Positions 1 to 12,962 are shown, counted from the first letter of the whole stretch. The stretch is 63,207 bases of DNA, filler included, from Dugesia japonica (GCA_001938525.1; 6 parts of 6 records of this genome joined end to end with filler, not necessarily neighbours in it), one strand, 5' to 3'. Translations and numbers: made by a program. Notes: generated by a model not told the origin, from the letters alone.

Positions 1-725
1 GGCGGGCTCGCCATTCATAAAATCGAAGGCGGCCTCATCGTCATCACTATTCCACCTAGTCCAAGAGCCTAGTTCTAATTGGGTGGAAAAATCAGTAATG
101 TATCTATTTAATAAATTAATTATATTCTCCAACATCTGCTTGGTTCGTTCCGCCAACTCCTCTGGTTTTTTAATTATGACGCCTAGTTTTTTAATTAGCT
201 TATTTCTTTGGATGAGATGCCGTTGAAGAGCCCATTTGTTTTGACGCTTAATGTGTCTGTCAAGAAAAAGCTTTTGGATGAGGCGATGACATCGGCGGAG
301 ACTTGTTGGTAGTTGAATTCGTGGCACTAAAATTAAAGAGATGATGAATTTACATAACAAGATTAAATAATCAAGATATCGAAGTATTTATAGTAAGATG
401 TATTTAAAGCAAAACATAAAAATATTTCGCATTTCCAGCAGATCAGATACCAGGTTATTTTCACGGTCTTGGAGGGACCGGATAATATCTGCAAATGACT
501 CCACCTGGCTTTTCCAAATACGCTAATGAGCATCGGAGGCCTCCGCTTCTATTCGGTGACTACGGCATATGTTCTGACAACGCTTTACTTTGGCGTTTGT
601 GGTGGTTGTTTCGGCCTCCCAGTTCCATTTTGCTAATTTATAAAGGTCCCAGGACATATCTATGTCCTCGCTATCTTCTCGGACTTTTTTCGTGGGCGCA
701 ACTAAACGGTGTAGTGCGGAATGCA
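1..725 (-). pseudogene. Two short ORFs of an unknown repeated family (copy A), decayed
   Basis: Manual translation: from 725, HSALHRLVAPTKKVREDSEDIDMSWDLYKLAKWNWEAE...RIWKSQVESFADIIRSLQDRENNLV; from 326, PRIQLPTSLRRCHRLIQKLFLDRHIKRQTKWALQRHLIQRNKLIKKL. Both align with 34686-35557 (+). Confidence 0.7.
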
Positions 726-985
726 CTAGAATTAATTACTAATTAATTTAATTATAGAAAAATTAATTAGATGGCAACAAAAGAAAAATCAGGGGTAAAC
801 TCATTTACTCGATTAAATCAAAAAGGGAAACAAAAGAAAAATGGTAAAAGTGTTTTAACACTCATTTCTAGATACACTTAATTTATTAACAAAAACACCA
901 ACAAGAAAAAAACACTGATTAATTAATTAATCTTAGACAACACCGGTTTAAATATGGATGGGCACCAGAATAGTACCATTAGAAA

Positions 986-1204
986 TTAGCCCCATTGTAG
1001 GCTTACTAATAATACTAATGCTAACAAGGACAAAACCATTGGCAATAGCCACCAGTCAAGTATCAATACTGATCGATACTGGTAAATGATAACAACGCTG
1101 ACCAATATAATAACGATAATTGTGGTAACTAACATTGATAAAATAGATGGGAAGTTAATAGGTAATGAAAATGGTGATGCCCTCCACTTATTATGGATTA
1201 GCAC
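986..1204 (-). CDS. Small putative two-TM membrane protein ORF or exon
   Basis: Two hydrophobic stretches; begins at the same TAG|TGC context as the two downstream ORFs. Confidence 0.35.
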   Translation of the reverse strand: MLIHNKWRASPFSLPINFPSILSMLVTTIIVIILVSVVIIYQYRSVLILDWWLLPMVLSLLALVLLVSLQWG

Positions 1205-2989
1205 TAATATTACATAACAATAAAAACATTAATAAATAATGAAAAATTTTTTTTTTCAATGAATAAAATTTAATAGACAAAATATGTTATTGCTAACAAA
1301 TGACAATAGTGCTGATAATTTTAAACATTGTAGTTACCATGAAATACCAAATCTATTGAAAGAAAGAAAAAATGAAAANNNNNNNNNNNNNNNNNNNNNN
1401 NNNNNNNNNNNNNNNNNNNNNNNNNNNNNNNNNNNNNNNNNNNNNNNNNNNNNNNNNNNNNNNNNNNNNNNNNNNNNNNNNNNNNNNNNNNNNNNNNNNN
1501 NNNNNNNNNNNNNNNNNNNNNNNNNNNNNNNNNNNNNNNNNNNNNNNNNNTAACAAAGTTGCAATTCTAAATTTCTGGAAAAAAATAGATGGTTCATAAC
1601 TGGCTGCAATTAATTCCATCAACTGAACAAGTTTCATAGTTTAATGATGATTATCGTTGTAGTAGGCATGCATGTGAAAACTTCTCTAGCCGATGAGTAG
1701 AATAAAGTGACGTCATCATCATGGGAAGAGAATCGTTTGAATTTTCATTTATGTCAATGACAATGGTAACAATTCGTCTTACACTGGCATGGATGGTTGG
1801 AATATTTAAATAATGATGACTATGCCAAAGCAGCAAATAATAACATAGATTATGATGATATAGCTTAACATGCCCTCCGGCAGAACAAACTAATGTCTAC
1901 TTTATCCTTATGAAAGATAGATAGTGTTAACAACTGGAAACAAATACAATCAATCGAATCGTTAGTGTTTAATTATTTATTGATTTAATACAAAACAACA
2001 TTAAAATGTTAACGTAAGCAATACTCACTATTAATCAATTTTTTCTACAACAGGGATGATCAATAATACTGAATAGCTTTTTCTTCTTTTGTAGATGTTA
2101 TGAGTTGATTATCGCACGTATTCTTCAAATGATTACGTAAAAATTTAAAGTTTTTTTAACTACGCTGTTCTGCTAGAAATAATCAAAATTTTTAGGGTCA
2201 TTTTGCTAAGTTTTCGGCGGGCTTTTATAGGTTTTTATTCACAACTTGATTCTCTTTACATTGGATAATATTTTTAGTTTCTGGTTTGCGGCTTCCTATT
2301 GGACCAGGCCTAAATTTTCTAAACTTTTCATGATTTTTAACTTCCTGATTGGTGCCTATTTTTAGGACACCGGCTGAATTTTGGTTCTTTATTCTTCGTT
2401 TATTTCCTGGCCTGCCATTGGCCGAATCTTGGAGTTCTTTTAATGAGCCTTCCGTTGGTTTTACAGTTTGCTTGCTACCGAATTTAGTTGCCCCGTGACT
2501 TTCTCTTTTCAAATTTTTTGTTAGGATTTTCTGTGATCTTCCAGAGTGAAGATATTTACCAAATACAGATTTTCACCTGATTTAATTTCTTTTTTGAAAC
2601 AAATTAATTAATTTTTTCCCATATTTTCTTATTTTAATTAATACCCATTTTCTCGTTTTTAATGAGGAAACAATTTTTTTTAATTAATTTTATTAAATCT
2701 TCATTATATTGTGGCAGCGTATTCATCCGTTTAATACTTTATCGATTTCAGCTCCTTCGCATTATTTAATATTAATTTATCTTTGACATACACTTTCTAT
2801 TAATCAATATGATTCGAATAATTTCTTCTTCTTCTTTGCCTATGTTTGAGGCCCTTGCAAATTATTATTTCCATAATTAGGTGTTTCACCCCAACAAAAT
2901 TCATAAAAAATTTAAATAAAAATTATAGTTTAAATAATCTTAATAAAAAATATTTCAAATTTTTTGCATACTTCATGAGATGATTGAAT

Positions 2990-3670
2990 TCATTTTTGGT
3001 TGGGAATTTATTCAGTGAGGTCAATTTTTGATTGGTTCAGGTAAATTTGGTTGATAATTTCTCAGTGATGTCGAATTAGGTGAATTTTTGACTTGTTTAG
3101 AGTAATTTTTGAGTTATTCGATCGAATGTTTTCTCCAAAAGTGTTAAGTTGGATAATTTTTGGGCGATTCGGTCAATTATTTATTCGGTTTAGGTAATAT
3201 TGGTCAATTATTTTCTCGGGTGTGATAATTTTTGAGTAGTATTTGAGTGATTGTGTCGAATATTTCCTAGTGAATGGTTAAGTTGGTTAATTTTTGGGTA
3301 ATTCGGTCAATTATTTTCTCGGGTTTAGTTAATTTGAGTAATTTTTGGGTGATTTGGTCGAATATTTTATCGTGAATAGTCAATTTGGGTTAGTTTTGGA
3401 CAATTTATTCAATTATTTATTCGGTTTAGAAAATATTGGTCAATTATTTACTCAAGATTAGCAAATTTTGCGTGATTGGGCTGAATATTTTCTCTGGTTT
3501 GGTAATTTTGAGTGATTGAATCGAATATTTCCTTGGGATTGTCAATTTTGGTAAAATAGGGTGAAATCAGTCAAATTTTTACTCAAGAATGGTCAGTTTT
3601 TTTAATTTTTGGATAATCTTTGTCAATTATTTACTCACAAGGGAAAAGTTTTAGGTGAATTTGAGTGATA
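2990..3670. repeat. Degenerate G/T-rich tandem repeat
   Basis: Recurrent variants of ttttgggtgattcggtcaattattt(a/t)ttctcgg. Confidence 0.65.
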
Positions 3671-5696
3671 ATTTCCTCGGCCTGCTGAGTTATGGAAGAA
3701 TTTTAAGAAAATTCATGTGAAAAGTAGAATTTGTTTAAATTTTCATGCTTTTTAAAATTTTTTTATGGAATCCGGGTGAGCAGCCTATGTTGGTTAAATA
3801 ATATGAAAGTTTTTAAAGTTTTCAAATGAATTTTTATGGGAATCCTGAAACTCCAAAATTTTGAAAATTTTTGAAAAACAAAAAAAATTTTGTCGAAATT
3901 TTTACATCAATCAATGCAGAATTCGACGGAGATTATTTTTCACAAATAAAAATTTTTCGAAAAAATTATTTCTGGTTTTTTCATAAAATAACCATGTGTG
4001 TTAGAGAAATTTTCGCTGATTTCAAATACATAAACCTAAAATCACTAAAGTTTATCTGAGATGAAATAAATCTATTTTTGTAAGGTTTTGACTATTTTAG
4101 ACGATAATTTCATTTTCATTGATCTTTTTTCTCATCTTATTGAATATTTCGCTGTTTGCTGGTCTTCAGTGAATTGGATTTCAGTAATCTAATCACAGTG
4201 GACTGGATTTCAGTGTTTTGATCACAGAGCACTGGATTTTAACCATCACTCTTCTGCCCATTGTGTACTGGTTTTCTCACTCTTTGCCAGTCTTCACTCT
4301 TTATTAGTGGTAAATATACTGTTTAATTAGTATTTAATTATTTAACCTGTTCTATATTTTTTACTTTTAAATTGAAATTAAATTAGATTTAGTGTTTTTT
4401 TAATAAACTGTTCTTTTTTTTAATCGTACAAATCTAATTAAAATTTAATTTATTATATGAAACTTTTATTAATATTGATTCATTGAAATAATTTCTAAAC
4501 ACTCATCAAACATAATCCATATAATTGATTGAATAAATTAATTATCATAAATTGATTAATTTTCAATGTGTAATTTGATTAAAACTTTTCTTCTGGGGGT
4601 AAATTGAATTATGTTTTGAATAAATTTTTAAAGGTAATTCTGAAAATAAATTTAAAATTTTTATGGATAAATTAAAATTATAATAGCAAATTTATTAAGT
4701 ATTGAAAATTTGAATAAATTTTTAATGGTGATTTGAAAATATATTAGATTTAATGTATATATTTTTATGAATAAATTTTTAATTTTTACGGTTAAATTAA
4801 AATTATAATAAAAAAAATGTTTATTAAGTATTGATGAAATTTTGAAATGCTTTTAAATCAAATTAGATTTTGCATGTATTTTTAAATTAATGTTTAATTT
4901 ATAATAGAAAACTTTTATTAAGCATTAGATAATTGGAAATAATTTGAAATAATTATTTATATCCATATAATTGAATGAATAAATAATCTTCAAATAATTA
5001 CGAGAAAAGTATCTAAAACATTAATTTGAAGTGTAAACTACAGTCACTTTAGACTTTTTACAATAAGAAGTGAAATTTAAGGTTTTACAGTTATAAAGAG
5101 GAAAAAACGTTTACAATTTTTTATTTTAATTTGGATATTACAATAAATAAGGATAATTTTAAAATTAAATTCTATGAATCAAATTAGTTACTCAAATAGT
5201 TATTGATTTGATTTTAATTTTACTTTGAATAAATTAATTGATTTGAAAGGTTAATTGTTTAAAATTTTAATTAATAAAAGAATAAATTTATATTAAAAGT
5301 TGACGATTATTTGTATGTTTATATAAATGTTTAATGGATTTTACTATATTAAGGTGAAAAATTAATCGGTTTATTCGAATTATTAGTTGTAAGGTATATA
5401 TTCAGTGTGAATTATAGAGTTGACTATATTAAATTAGCGATGAACAGATTAAACCATTAACTGAAAAATCAATAGGTAAATGATGATAGCGAGTATCTTG
5501 TATGTTAATATTTGGTGATAACGAGCTTTGTATATGTTATGAGCTGTTAATAGCGATTGTTGTGTATTAAGACTTGATGAAAGCGAATATTGTACTGTTT
5601 TTATGATAAGATTTGATGATAGTGAGAGATGTGTCATTTTTCAGTGATGATACAAAAGATTGTGTAATATTTCATGGATTCAAAAAAGGTTCATGT

Positions 5697-6380
5697 AAAT
5701 TTCAGATTAAATTTCATGACTTCAAGAAAATTAGATAATACTATCTCGCTATTTTTACCTTCTCATTCTTGAACTATCGCACTTACTCTTTCTCACTTGG
5801 TCCTTCTCAATCTTGTTCCTTTCTCTAACTTAAAACAAAGAAACATATTTAGAATGAAGTGAAACCTGATTTAAATAAGAAATAATTGAACAGGTATTAC
5901 TTTTTTGTCAATATGTTGTTCTAAATAATAATAAATTATAATGTAGTGAGACTACTTACAACAATTGGTTTATTGAATGTATCTGGTTTAATGGTATTAT
6001 ATTTAATTATATAAACCTATATTTTCAAGACTGAAACCAGTATTTCATTATAAACCTCGTATTTTCAATGATGAAACCATAACTTTATCTATTGGAACTA
6101 ATTTTTTTAATGTTGAGATCAATATTTTTAATGAGAAGATCCATATTTTCTATGTTAAACTCTTATTTTCTAACAATGTATCTGAATATTGGCTATAAAA
6201 AAAAGAATCCCAGAAAACCAACGAGCAAGCAAAATTGTCAAGGTGCAAGCATAGAAGCAGAAGGATAATCAGATGATTTAAATATGCTGAAATAGTTATA
6301 TTATTTTAAATAAAAAGTATGTCATATCAACTTTTACTGACTATTACTCATTCTACATGTCTTCTTTTCTCACTATATGA
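5697..6380 (+). repeat. Dispersed non-coding repeat; inverted homolog at 49720-50492
   Basis: Shared blocks such as agaatgaagtgaaacct...aatatgttgttctaaataata and cagaaggataatcagatgat occur in both places in opposite orientation. Confidence 0.8.
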
Positions 6381-6610
6381 CAGTCTATTAAGATTTTTGA
6401 AGCGAGATCTTTGAAAATATGAAGAGTACATATGCAATAAAACCAATTGAAAATAGAGAAAATATGGTTAAATAGTTTAAATATAGCTAAATATAGCTAT
6501 AAAATCATAGAAAAACCATAGAATCCGGTGGCTTTCGGTAGGAATATTAATCAAAAGGTATTGCCAGTGTTATAAACAACTTAATATTATTTATCTATTT
6601 TAAATAAAAA

Positions 6611-6874
6611 ATGAATTTACAAAGAAGTCAACCATTCCTTACATCATTAATACATTCTCCAACTATGAAGAGAATGAAAATTTTGCAAGTATTTCCATCA
6701 TTTGTTATTGATGATTTACTCGAGATTATTGTAAATATTGTTCTTGGAAATGTAACTTTAGGCAAAGAGCAAAGAAAAGCATTTGAAAAACATGGAAATT
6801 CATTGTTGTCAATTGTTAATACCAAGAATAAGAAAATAATGAAAAAAGTACTCTATGAACCTGGTGTTTATTAA
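6611..6874 (+). CDS. Polinton/Maverick conserved small protein (EIIVNIVLGNV family), truncated
   Basis: Pattern LEIIVNIVLGNVTL..EQRKAFEKH is typical of a small Maverick ORF; homologs at 49400-49665 (-) and 54305-54627 (+). Confidence 0.65.
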   Translation: MNLQRSQPFLTSLIHSPTMKRMKILQVFPSFVIDDLLEIIVNIVLGNVTLGKEQRKAFEKHGNSLLSIVNTKNKKIMKKVLYEPGVY

Positions 6875-6899
6875 CTTAAAGAAATATCTAGTAAATTCA

Positions 6900-7330
6900 A
6901 AGATCATGAAATTTAAATTGTTTCAGATCTTTCAACAACAAAATGTACTTTAACAAAATAACATTTCTTCAAGTTTAATAAAAAATATTTTTTTCATATT
7001 ATCTTAGGTTTTTTACCTAAAGAATACTTACCAGGAAAATATTATTCAGAAAATAAAGTTGATATTTTAACAATTAATATGATAAATATAACTTGTAATT
7101 TAGTTAAAGGTAATTATATCAACAACTCTCCAATTTATTTATTATATTCTTTTCCTGTAAATACTGTAGGTTTTTGTTATAAAAGTGGAGAAAGACCTTC
7201 AACTCCTATTTAATCAAGATTAAACTCCAAATGTATTGATTCTTTAACATTTAATATTATAGATGAAAATAATAATCCTATAGATTTTGATGGTGAAACT
7301 TTTTCTTTATAAGTTCATATAAGAAAATGT
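6900..7330 (+). pseudogene. Polinton minor capsid (penton-like) protein, C-terminal half
   Basis: INMINITCNLVKGNYIN..LLYSFPVNTVGF...ERPST..IDSLTFNIIDENNNPIDFDGE; closely parallels 17710-18144. Confidence 0.7.
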
Positions 7331-7520
7331 CTAACTTAATATTAGATTTTCTAAAACCTTTTGAAATAAATACTAAAACTAATTTTGATTTATATTGTAT
7401 TGCAGATTTTTTAAATTTAGATGTTGAAATTTTAATAAAAGATGAGATACCAGATGAGAAAGTCATTGGGTTGCTTTTTAATGTGGTTATTATTTTGATT
7501 CATATGGATTAAAACCTTTG
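7327..7520 (+). pseudogene. Adenain-like cysteine protease, internally deleted
   Basis: N-terminus nearly matches the 17674 ORF (TNFDLY.IADFL); HWVA and YFDSYG occur in shifted frames. Confidence 0.7.
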
Positions 7521-7599
7521 GATTAAATCCCAACGAGTCCCATAAAAATATTTATTTAAATATAAATAAATATATTTACAAAGATCATAAATATACTAT

Positions 7600-8150
7600 T
7601 CAAGATCTCAAGTCTAAATTATCAAATTTAAGAATAGTAGATTTTGAATCAGATTTATATTTATTGATGATAAAATTAATGATTATAAAAATTTTATAAA
7701 AGATGATCAAGGTTAGATACTTCAATAAGATTAACAGAAATATTTATTGGAACAATTGTTGGAATAACTGAAACTGTTTAAAATTTCTTTAGGAACTTTT
7801 GGAATAGGAACAAATTTAATTCCTATCATCTTAACTACAACAGTTTCTTGTATTCTTATAATCAGAACTTTAAATTCATCCTTAATTTAAATCAAAAAAT
7901 AAGAAATATCAAAAATTAATTCACGAATTAGAAACCGTTAAAATAAATTATTTTTATTTCAACAAAAAGCTTTATCTGATGATATACTAACTGATGATGA
8001 AATTTCTACAAGTAAAAATATGGTAAAAAAAATTAAAGAATTTATTTCACATGAAAATAAAAAAGATTTACAAGTTAAAATTGATATTTTAAAAAAACCT
8101 GAAAATCAAATTATTGAACAACAGAAAGTAATTGATAAATTAAAGAAATA
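7600..8150 (+). pseudogene. Decayed Maverick membrane-associated ORF (hydrophobic segment followed by KALSDDILTDDE)
   Basis: A hydrophobic stretch plus KALxDxxxxxxE resembles a recurrent Maverick/adintovirus ORF; many stops. Confidence 0.35.
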
Positions 8151-8349
8151 AATTTGTGGACCGCGGGGCACACTTTTTTATTTTTAGAGATTGCAATTTA
8201 TCGTCCTGCAGAATGACATTTTTATTTTTTAGATTTTTAATTTAAAATTTTAGAAATTGGTGACCGCGGTCACAATATTTTTTATTTTAGAGATTTTTAT
8301 TTTAATTTTAGAAAAAGTGAGCTCGCTTTCGCTTTGCTCACATTAAACC

Positions 8350-10716
8350 ACATTTTAATTTTTCTTTTAATTTATCCAACCTTAAATGCCATTGTGTATG
8401 GACTTTACAATAGAATTTATTTGTGGCCAAGTTCTTACACCGTTATCTTGAATTAATCTTTTATCCTCGTAACCAGTTAAAACTATTTTTTTGTTCAACC
8501 AATTCATCTTCCTGTTTAAGGGATTTTAAACTATGATTAGTTCCATAAATTATTTCTTTCTGATTATTTAAAACTTTATCATATTCTTTCATTCCTATTT
8601 TATTAATTTTTGAAACTCCTTTGTGTTTAGTTTCTATATTTTTGTTGCAATCTTCAATTATATTACTCTTTGCTTTTATAAAATTACATTTAGTTATTTC
8701 TGAATCTGGTTTCTCATCTTTCATTTTGAAATAATTCATTACCAAGTCAACTTTCAACTTTNGCTAAATTTTCTTGTCCAATTATTTCTACAAATACAGA
8801 GTCTGTATCACTATTATGAATTTGTATTTATTTGGAATTTTATTTTCTTACTGATTATAAATAAAATCATAAATTAATTTTGCATTTTCCAAAATAGTAA
8901 AACCTATATATCGAAATTTATTATATTTCAAATTGGTTTTTCTCATGTGCATAGCAGCTGACTCTGTTTCACCTGTTTCTTTATAACTAAATATTTCACT
9001 AGATCTGAAATTTATTTTTTATGCAAACTTCTGATAATCTCTATCTGTATCTATAATTTCTACATTGCATCTCTTTCTAATATTTTCTAAAGTTTTTCTA
9101 TAAAATGCATAAATCATTAATTTATAAATGTAATCACCAAAAACATTGCTATTTCTATTTGCTTTTCTATGAATTTTTTTTATTTTCATTCCTAAAGATT
9201 TTTATAAATCTAAAGTACTTCCTAGAATAATATAATTTTGTTTGTCAAATTGATTTAGAGTTAATTTAGGATTTTTCTTGCTCAACTTTTTCTGAAATGA
9301 TAATTGATAAAAAGCTAACATTTCTTCAGTTATATTAATTCTATCTGGTGCTAAAGGAAAGTATTTTGTCTTTTCATAAACTTCTGGTGGATATTCCAAA
9401 TCAACTTCATAAATATAATTCATTTTGTCTGTTGATTGAGTATAAGTTAAGTCTTTGTATTCTTAAGTTTCACCTGTTGGTAAAAGCTATGTCATACAAG
9501 ATGCATCTAATGAATTGTCATCTAAATATTTTATAAATGTATCTTCAAAATAATCAAGTGGAATTTCCTCATTTGAATTCATCATTTTTATTAAATCATC
9601 AAATTGGGCTTTATTTACTTGTTTAGTGTATGGATTTTTATTATTGTTATGGCTAAATACTTGTCTCTCACCACAAACATCTGAAAATCCACATCTAATT
9701 CCTTTTTCTATTTTTAATAAAATATCATAAGTTTCTTTTTTGCATATTTTAATTTTACATTTGCATAATTCATACCTGTTATCCAACTATATCCTGGTGC
9801 AGAATATAAATAACATGGATCTAATTGAAGTATATTATTTAAACATTTATCTCTAAAGTTTCCAAAAAATTTGCTAGAATAATTACATCTAATTTCATGT
9901 AATGTAACATGTATTCGAATAAATTATTAAAATTATTTCCACCTTTGGCTTGAGCTCCGCGAAAATCTTGTAAAAATTCATTATAATCTTGGTAAGTTAT
10001 TTTGTGTTGTTTTAATGTATTTAAAAAATCTTCTTTTGTTGGAATATTATTTGATTTTAATTAACTAATCACCTCATTTATATTTTTTCCTTTTACATAT
10101 TCACAAGGAAATGATATTCTCTTTGGTTCCAAATTAAAAAATTTCAAATGATTATATTTTTTAGATTGTAATAATAATTTACCCATTATTTCAATTGATA
10201 TAATAGAACCTAATCTTGCTGAATCTAAAAATTGAATATTTTCATATTGAAATTAAATGTAAACTTCTTCTGTATGAGAAATTATTTTTTTTAACTTTAC
10301 TTGATTATTTTGCTAATAATTCTTTGAAAAGAAAATTATTAAATGATGCATTGTGAAAGTAAAATGGAATAAATAAATACTTTATAGATTTATCTTGTAA
10401 ATTACACTTTGAATGAGCATAACCTCTAAATTCTCCATTGAAATGATCATGATCAATTACTGGATTTGCAGTTGAAATTATATTTTTTTCACAATATCTA
10501 CATTTATTTTGACTTTGAGCTTGCTCACCTTTTCTAAGATCAGGAACTTCACTCAAAAACCTTGTTATTAATTTATTTTCTTTTATATCCTTTAAGTTCA
10601 ATTTTTATAGAGTTGGTTACTTCAAATACATTTATTTTCCAGTCATTTAATTTTTTTAAAATTTTCAATATTTATTGGAAATTTAATTCCGTTTGTTTTA
10701 AATTCATTTAAATAAG
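8350..10716 (-). pseudogene. Polinton protein-primed family B DNA polymerase with EndoVII-like domain, intein-free
   Basis: CRYC...DHDHFNGEFRGYAHSKCNL (EndoVII-like), motif A YLDDNSL, motif B KLMIYAFYRKTLENIRKR, motif C IHNSDTDSVFVEI, C-terminal DKRLIQDNGVRTWP; several frameshifts and stops. Confidence 0.92.
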
Positions 10717-10816
10717 NNNNNNNNNNNNNNNNNNNNNNNNNNNNNNNNNNNNNNNNNNNNTTAATTAATTAANNNNNNNNNNNNNNNNNNNNNNNNNNNN
10801 NNNNNNNNNNNNNNNN
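10717..10816. other. Artificial scaffold-joining spacer (44N-TTAATTAATTAA-44N)
   Basis: Six-frame-stop linker; repeated with cores at 21788, 33082, 42445 and 53434. Confidence 0.97.
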
Positions 10817-11719
10817 AACTCAAGTGTTAATTTTTATGGAACCAAATAACAAAATAGAAGATTCTGAGGAAACTACTTACAGAGGACATTTGCATAACTT
10901 ATTTTGAGTGGTGGACAGTGATACATCTTGGCTATGCTGAATTTTGAATAGTAGAAATAGATGTTGTTCAAATATAAATGAGATAAAAGACATTATTGAT
11001 GTGTTTAGGTAATCTTCAAAGGTAATCCTGAAATATAATATTTCAATAATAAAACAAAACCCTTTGACCTTAATTTTAAATTTACAAAGTTAAATTAGGT
11101 ATCATTCTATGTATATATACATTCAGAATAAATATTTGCATATTTTGTAACTAAGTCTTTCGGGGAACAACTTATGATTCATAGCTTCATATTGTTAATC
11201 TCATTTCACATTTAATACTCTTAATTTTAGAGTCTAAACTCTACCAGACAATCAAATAAACACAGAAAACTTTGCCACTCATTGGGTTGCCAGTTAACAT
11301 TGCTCCAATGTACTGCTAATTTTTTAGCAAAAAAAAATTGGCACAGTGGAAAANNNNNNNNNNNNNNNNNNNNNNNNNNNNNNNNNNNNNNNNNNNNNNN
11401 NNNNNNNNNNNNNNNNNNGCACTATCTACCTACTGAAGTAGATTAGAAAACTGTAAATATTTATATATAGAAATTTAAATCAGGTCTAGTAATAATCAAT
11501 ATCGTTTTTAATGTTAAAGATGATCGATTAAATAAAAGATTTTCTTATTAACTAAAATTGTGAATAAAGAAAAAATTTAAGTGTTAAAATACATTTTTGT
11601 TTAAGTTATTATAATACGACCTCTAGATAATGGTGCATGAAATGCATGTTAGACATTATTTACTATATGAATTTCAGTTGGAAAGAAAATCAGTGGATGC
11701 AGCTAAATTTATTTGCTAT

Positions 11720-12430
11720 GCACTTGGTAAAGACGTTAGCAATCGTAAATGCCAAGAAAAAGATATATATGTCCATAATAGATAAATTTAGCAGATACAT
11801 ATGCTTAACAGCCCTAGTTAAACAAGATGAGGAATCAATAAAGAAAACGATTATGGATAAATGGATACTAAAATTCGGTGCTCCAAAAGAGATACATGAA
11901 TATTGTAGAAAGGTCTGCGAATCGAAAGCCTTCAAAGAAATGACAGATTCAATGAATATAACGATTTGCTTTTCAAGTCCCTATCATCATAATAAAAACG
12001 GAATAGTTGAACGTCAATTCAGAATGATCAAAGATTATATCAATGCAACATTAAAAGATAAAAAAATAAAAATTAGGCAGTGTTAATACCAGAAATAGAA
12101 TATACTCTAAATGCAACAAGCCAGAAGACTTTGGGCATATGTCCAGCAGAAGTGATATTCGGTAAGAAGATACATAGAGNACGATGGTTCAATAATGGAG
12201 AAAAGAAGGAAGAATCTGAATAGTTGACACCAACAAACAGTCGTTTTCAAGTTGGAGACGAGGTGCTAATCAAGGCAAAAACCCGATCAAAAGACAAAGA
12301 AAAGACATACATGTCTGTATGAGGTGATAAAACATATTTATGAAAGACGATACCTGCTGAAGAGTTCAGAAGGCAAGATGATTGAAAGAAATGTGGAAAA
12401 AATTAAAAAATGTTTAAAGAGGGGGATGTA
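11720..12430 (+). mobile_element. Ty3/Gypsy integrase fragment with polypurine tract and start of 3' LTR
   Basis: IIDKFSRY...WILKFGAPKEIH...SSPYHHNKNGIVERQFR; PPT AAAGAGGGGGA followed by TGTAAG at 12427. Confidence 0.9.
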
Positions 12431-12913
12431 AGATGATTCATGAATTTCGCATGTCTGAGATTTTTGAATTTTTCTATATAATATTAAAATTGGTTTTTTA
12501 AAACTTTTAAAATATAAAACACGTTTTTTTAAAATGCAAACTATTTGAATAAATTCTTTATATTATATTATGCAAAATTATGAAATTATAAAAATTATTT
12601 TGTGAAATTATGTTTAAAAATAATTAAATATATTTGTAAAAAAATGTTATTTCAAAATTAAAGTCGATATTTTATATAATGTTGAATTATAAAATTATAA
12701 AAATTATTTTATAAAATTAGGTTTAAAAATAATTAAAGATACAGGTAAAATAAATAAAAGTATTTTGGAATTTAAAAAATCAATATTTTTGAAAAATATT
12801 TTAGTAAAATTTCTCAGATTATTTGTTTGAAAATTGTGAATTGTTAATTGTTTTCATTTTAATAAAAGACTTGTAATAATCAATTAAAAATTTTTGGAGA
12901 TTTTGAATTTAAC

Positions 12914-12962
<49 letters not shown>
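12914..12962. repeat. (AAT)n microsatellite
   Basis: Direct inspection. Confidence 0.95.

Noticed and set aside
2225-2512. 95-aa basic ORF
   Set aside because: No recognisable motif, TTG start, and no splice or homology support.
10305-10601. HNH/EndoVII-like segment as a second mobile endonuclease
   Set aside because: This domain is a known integral part of many Polinton pPolBs and has no intein or intron boundaries.
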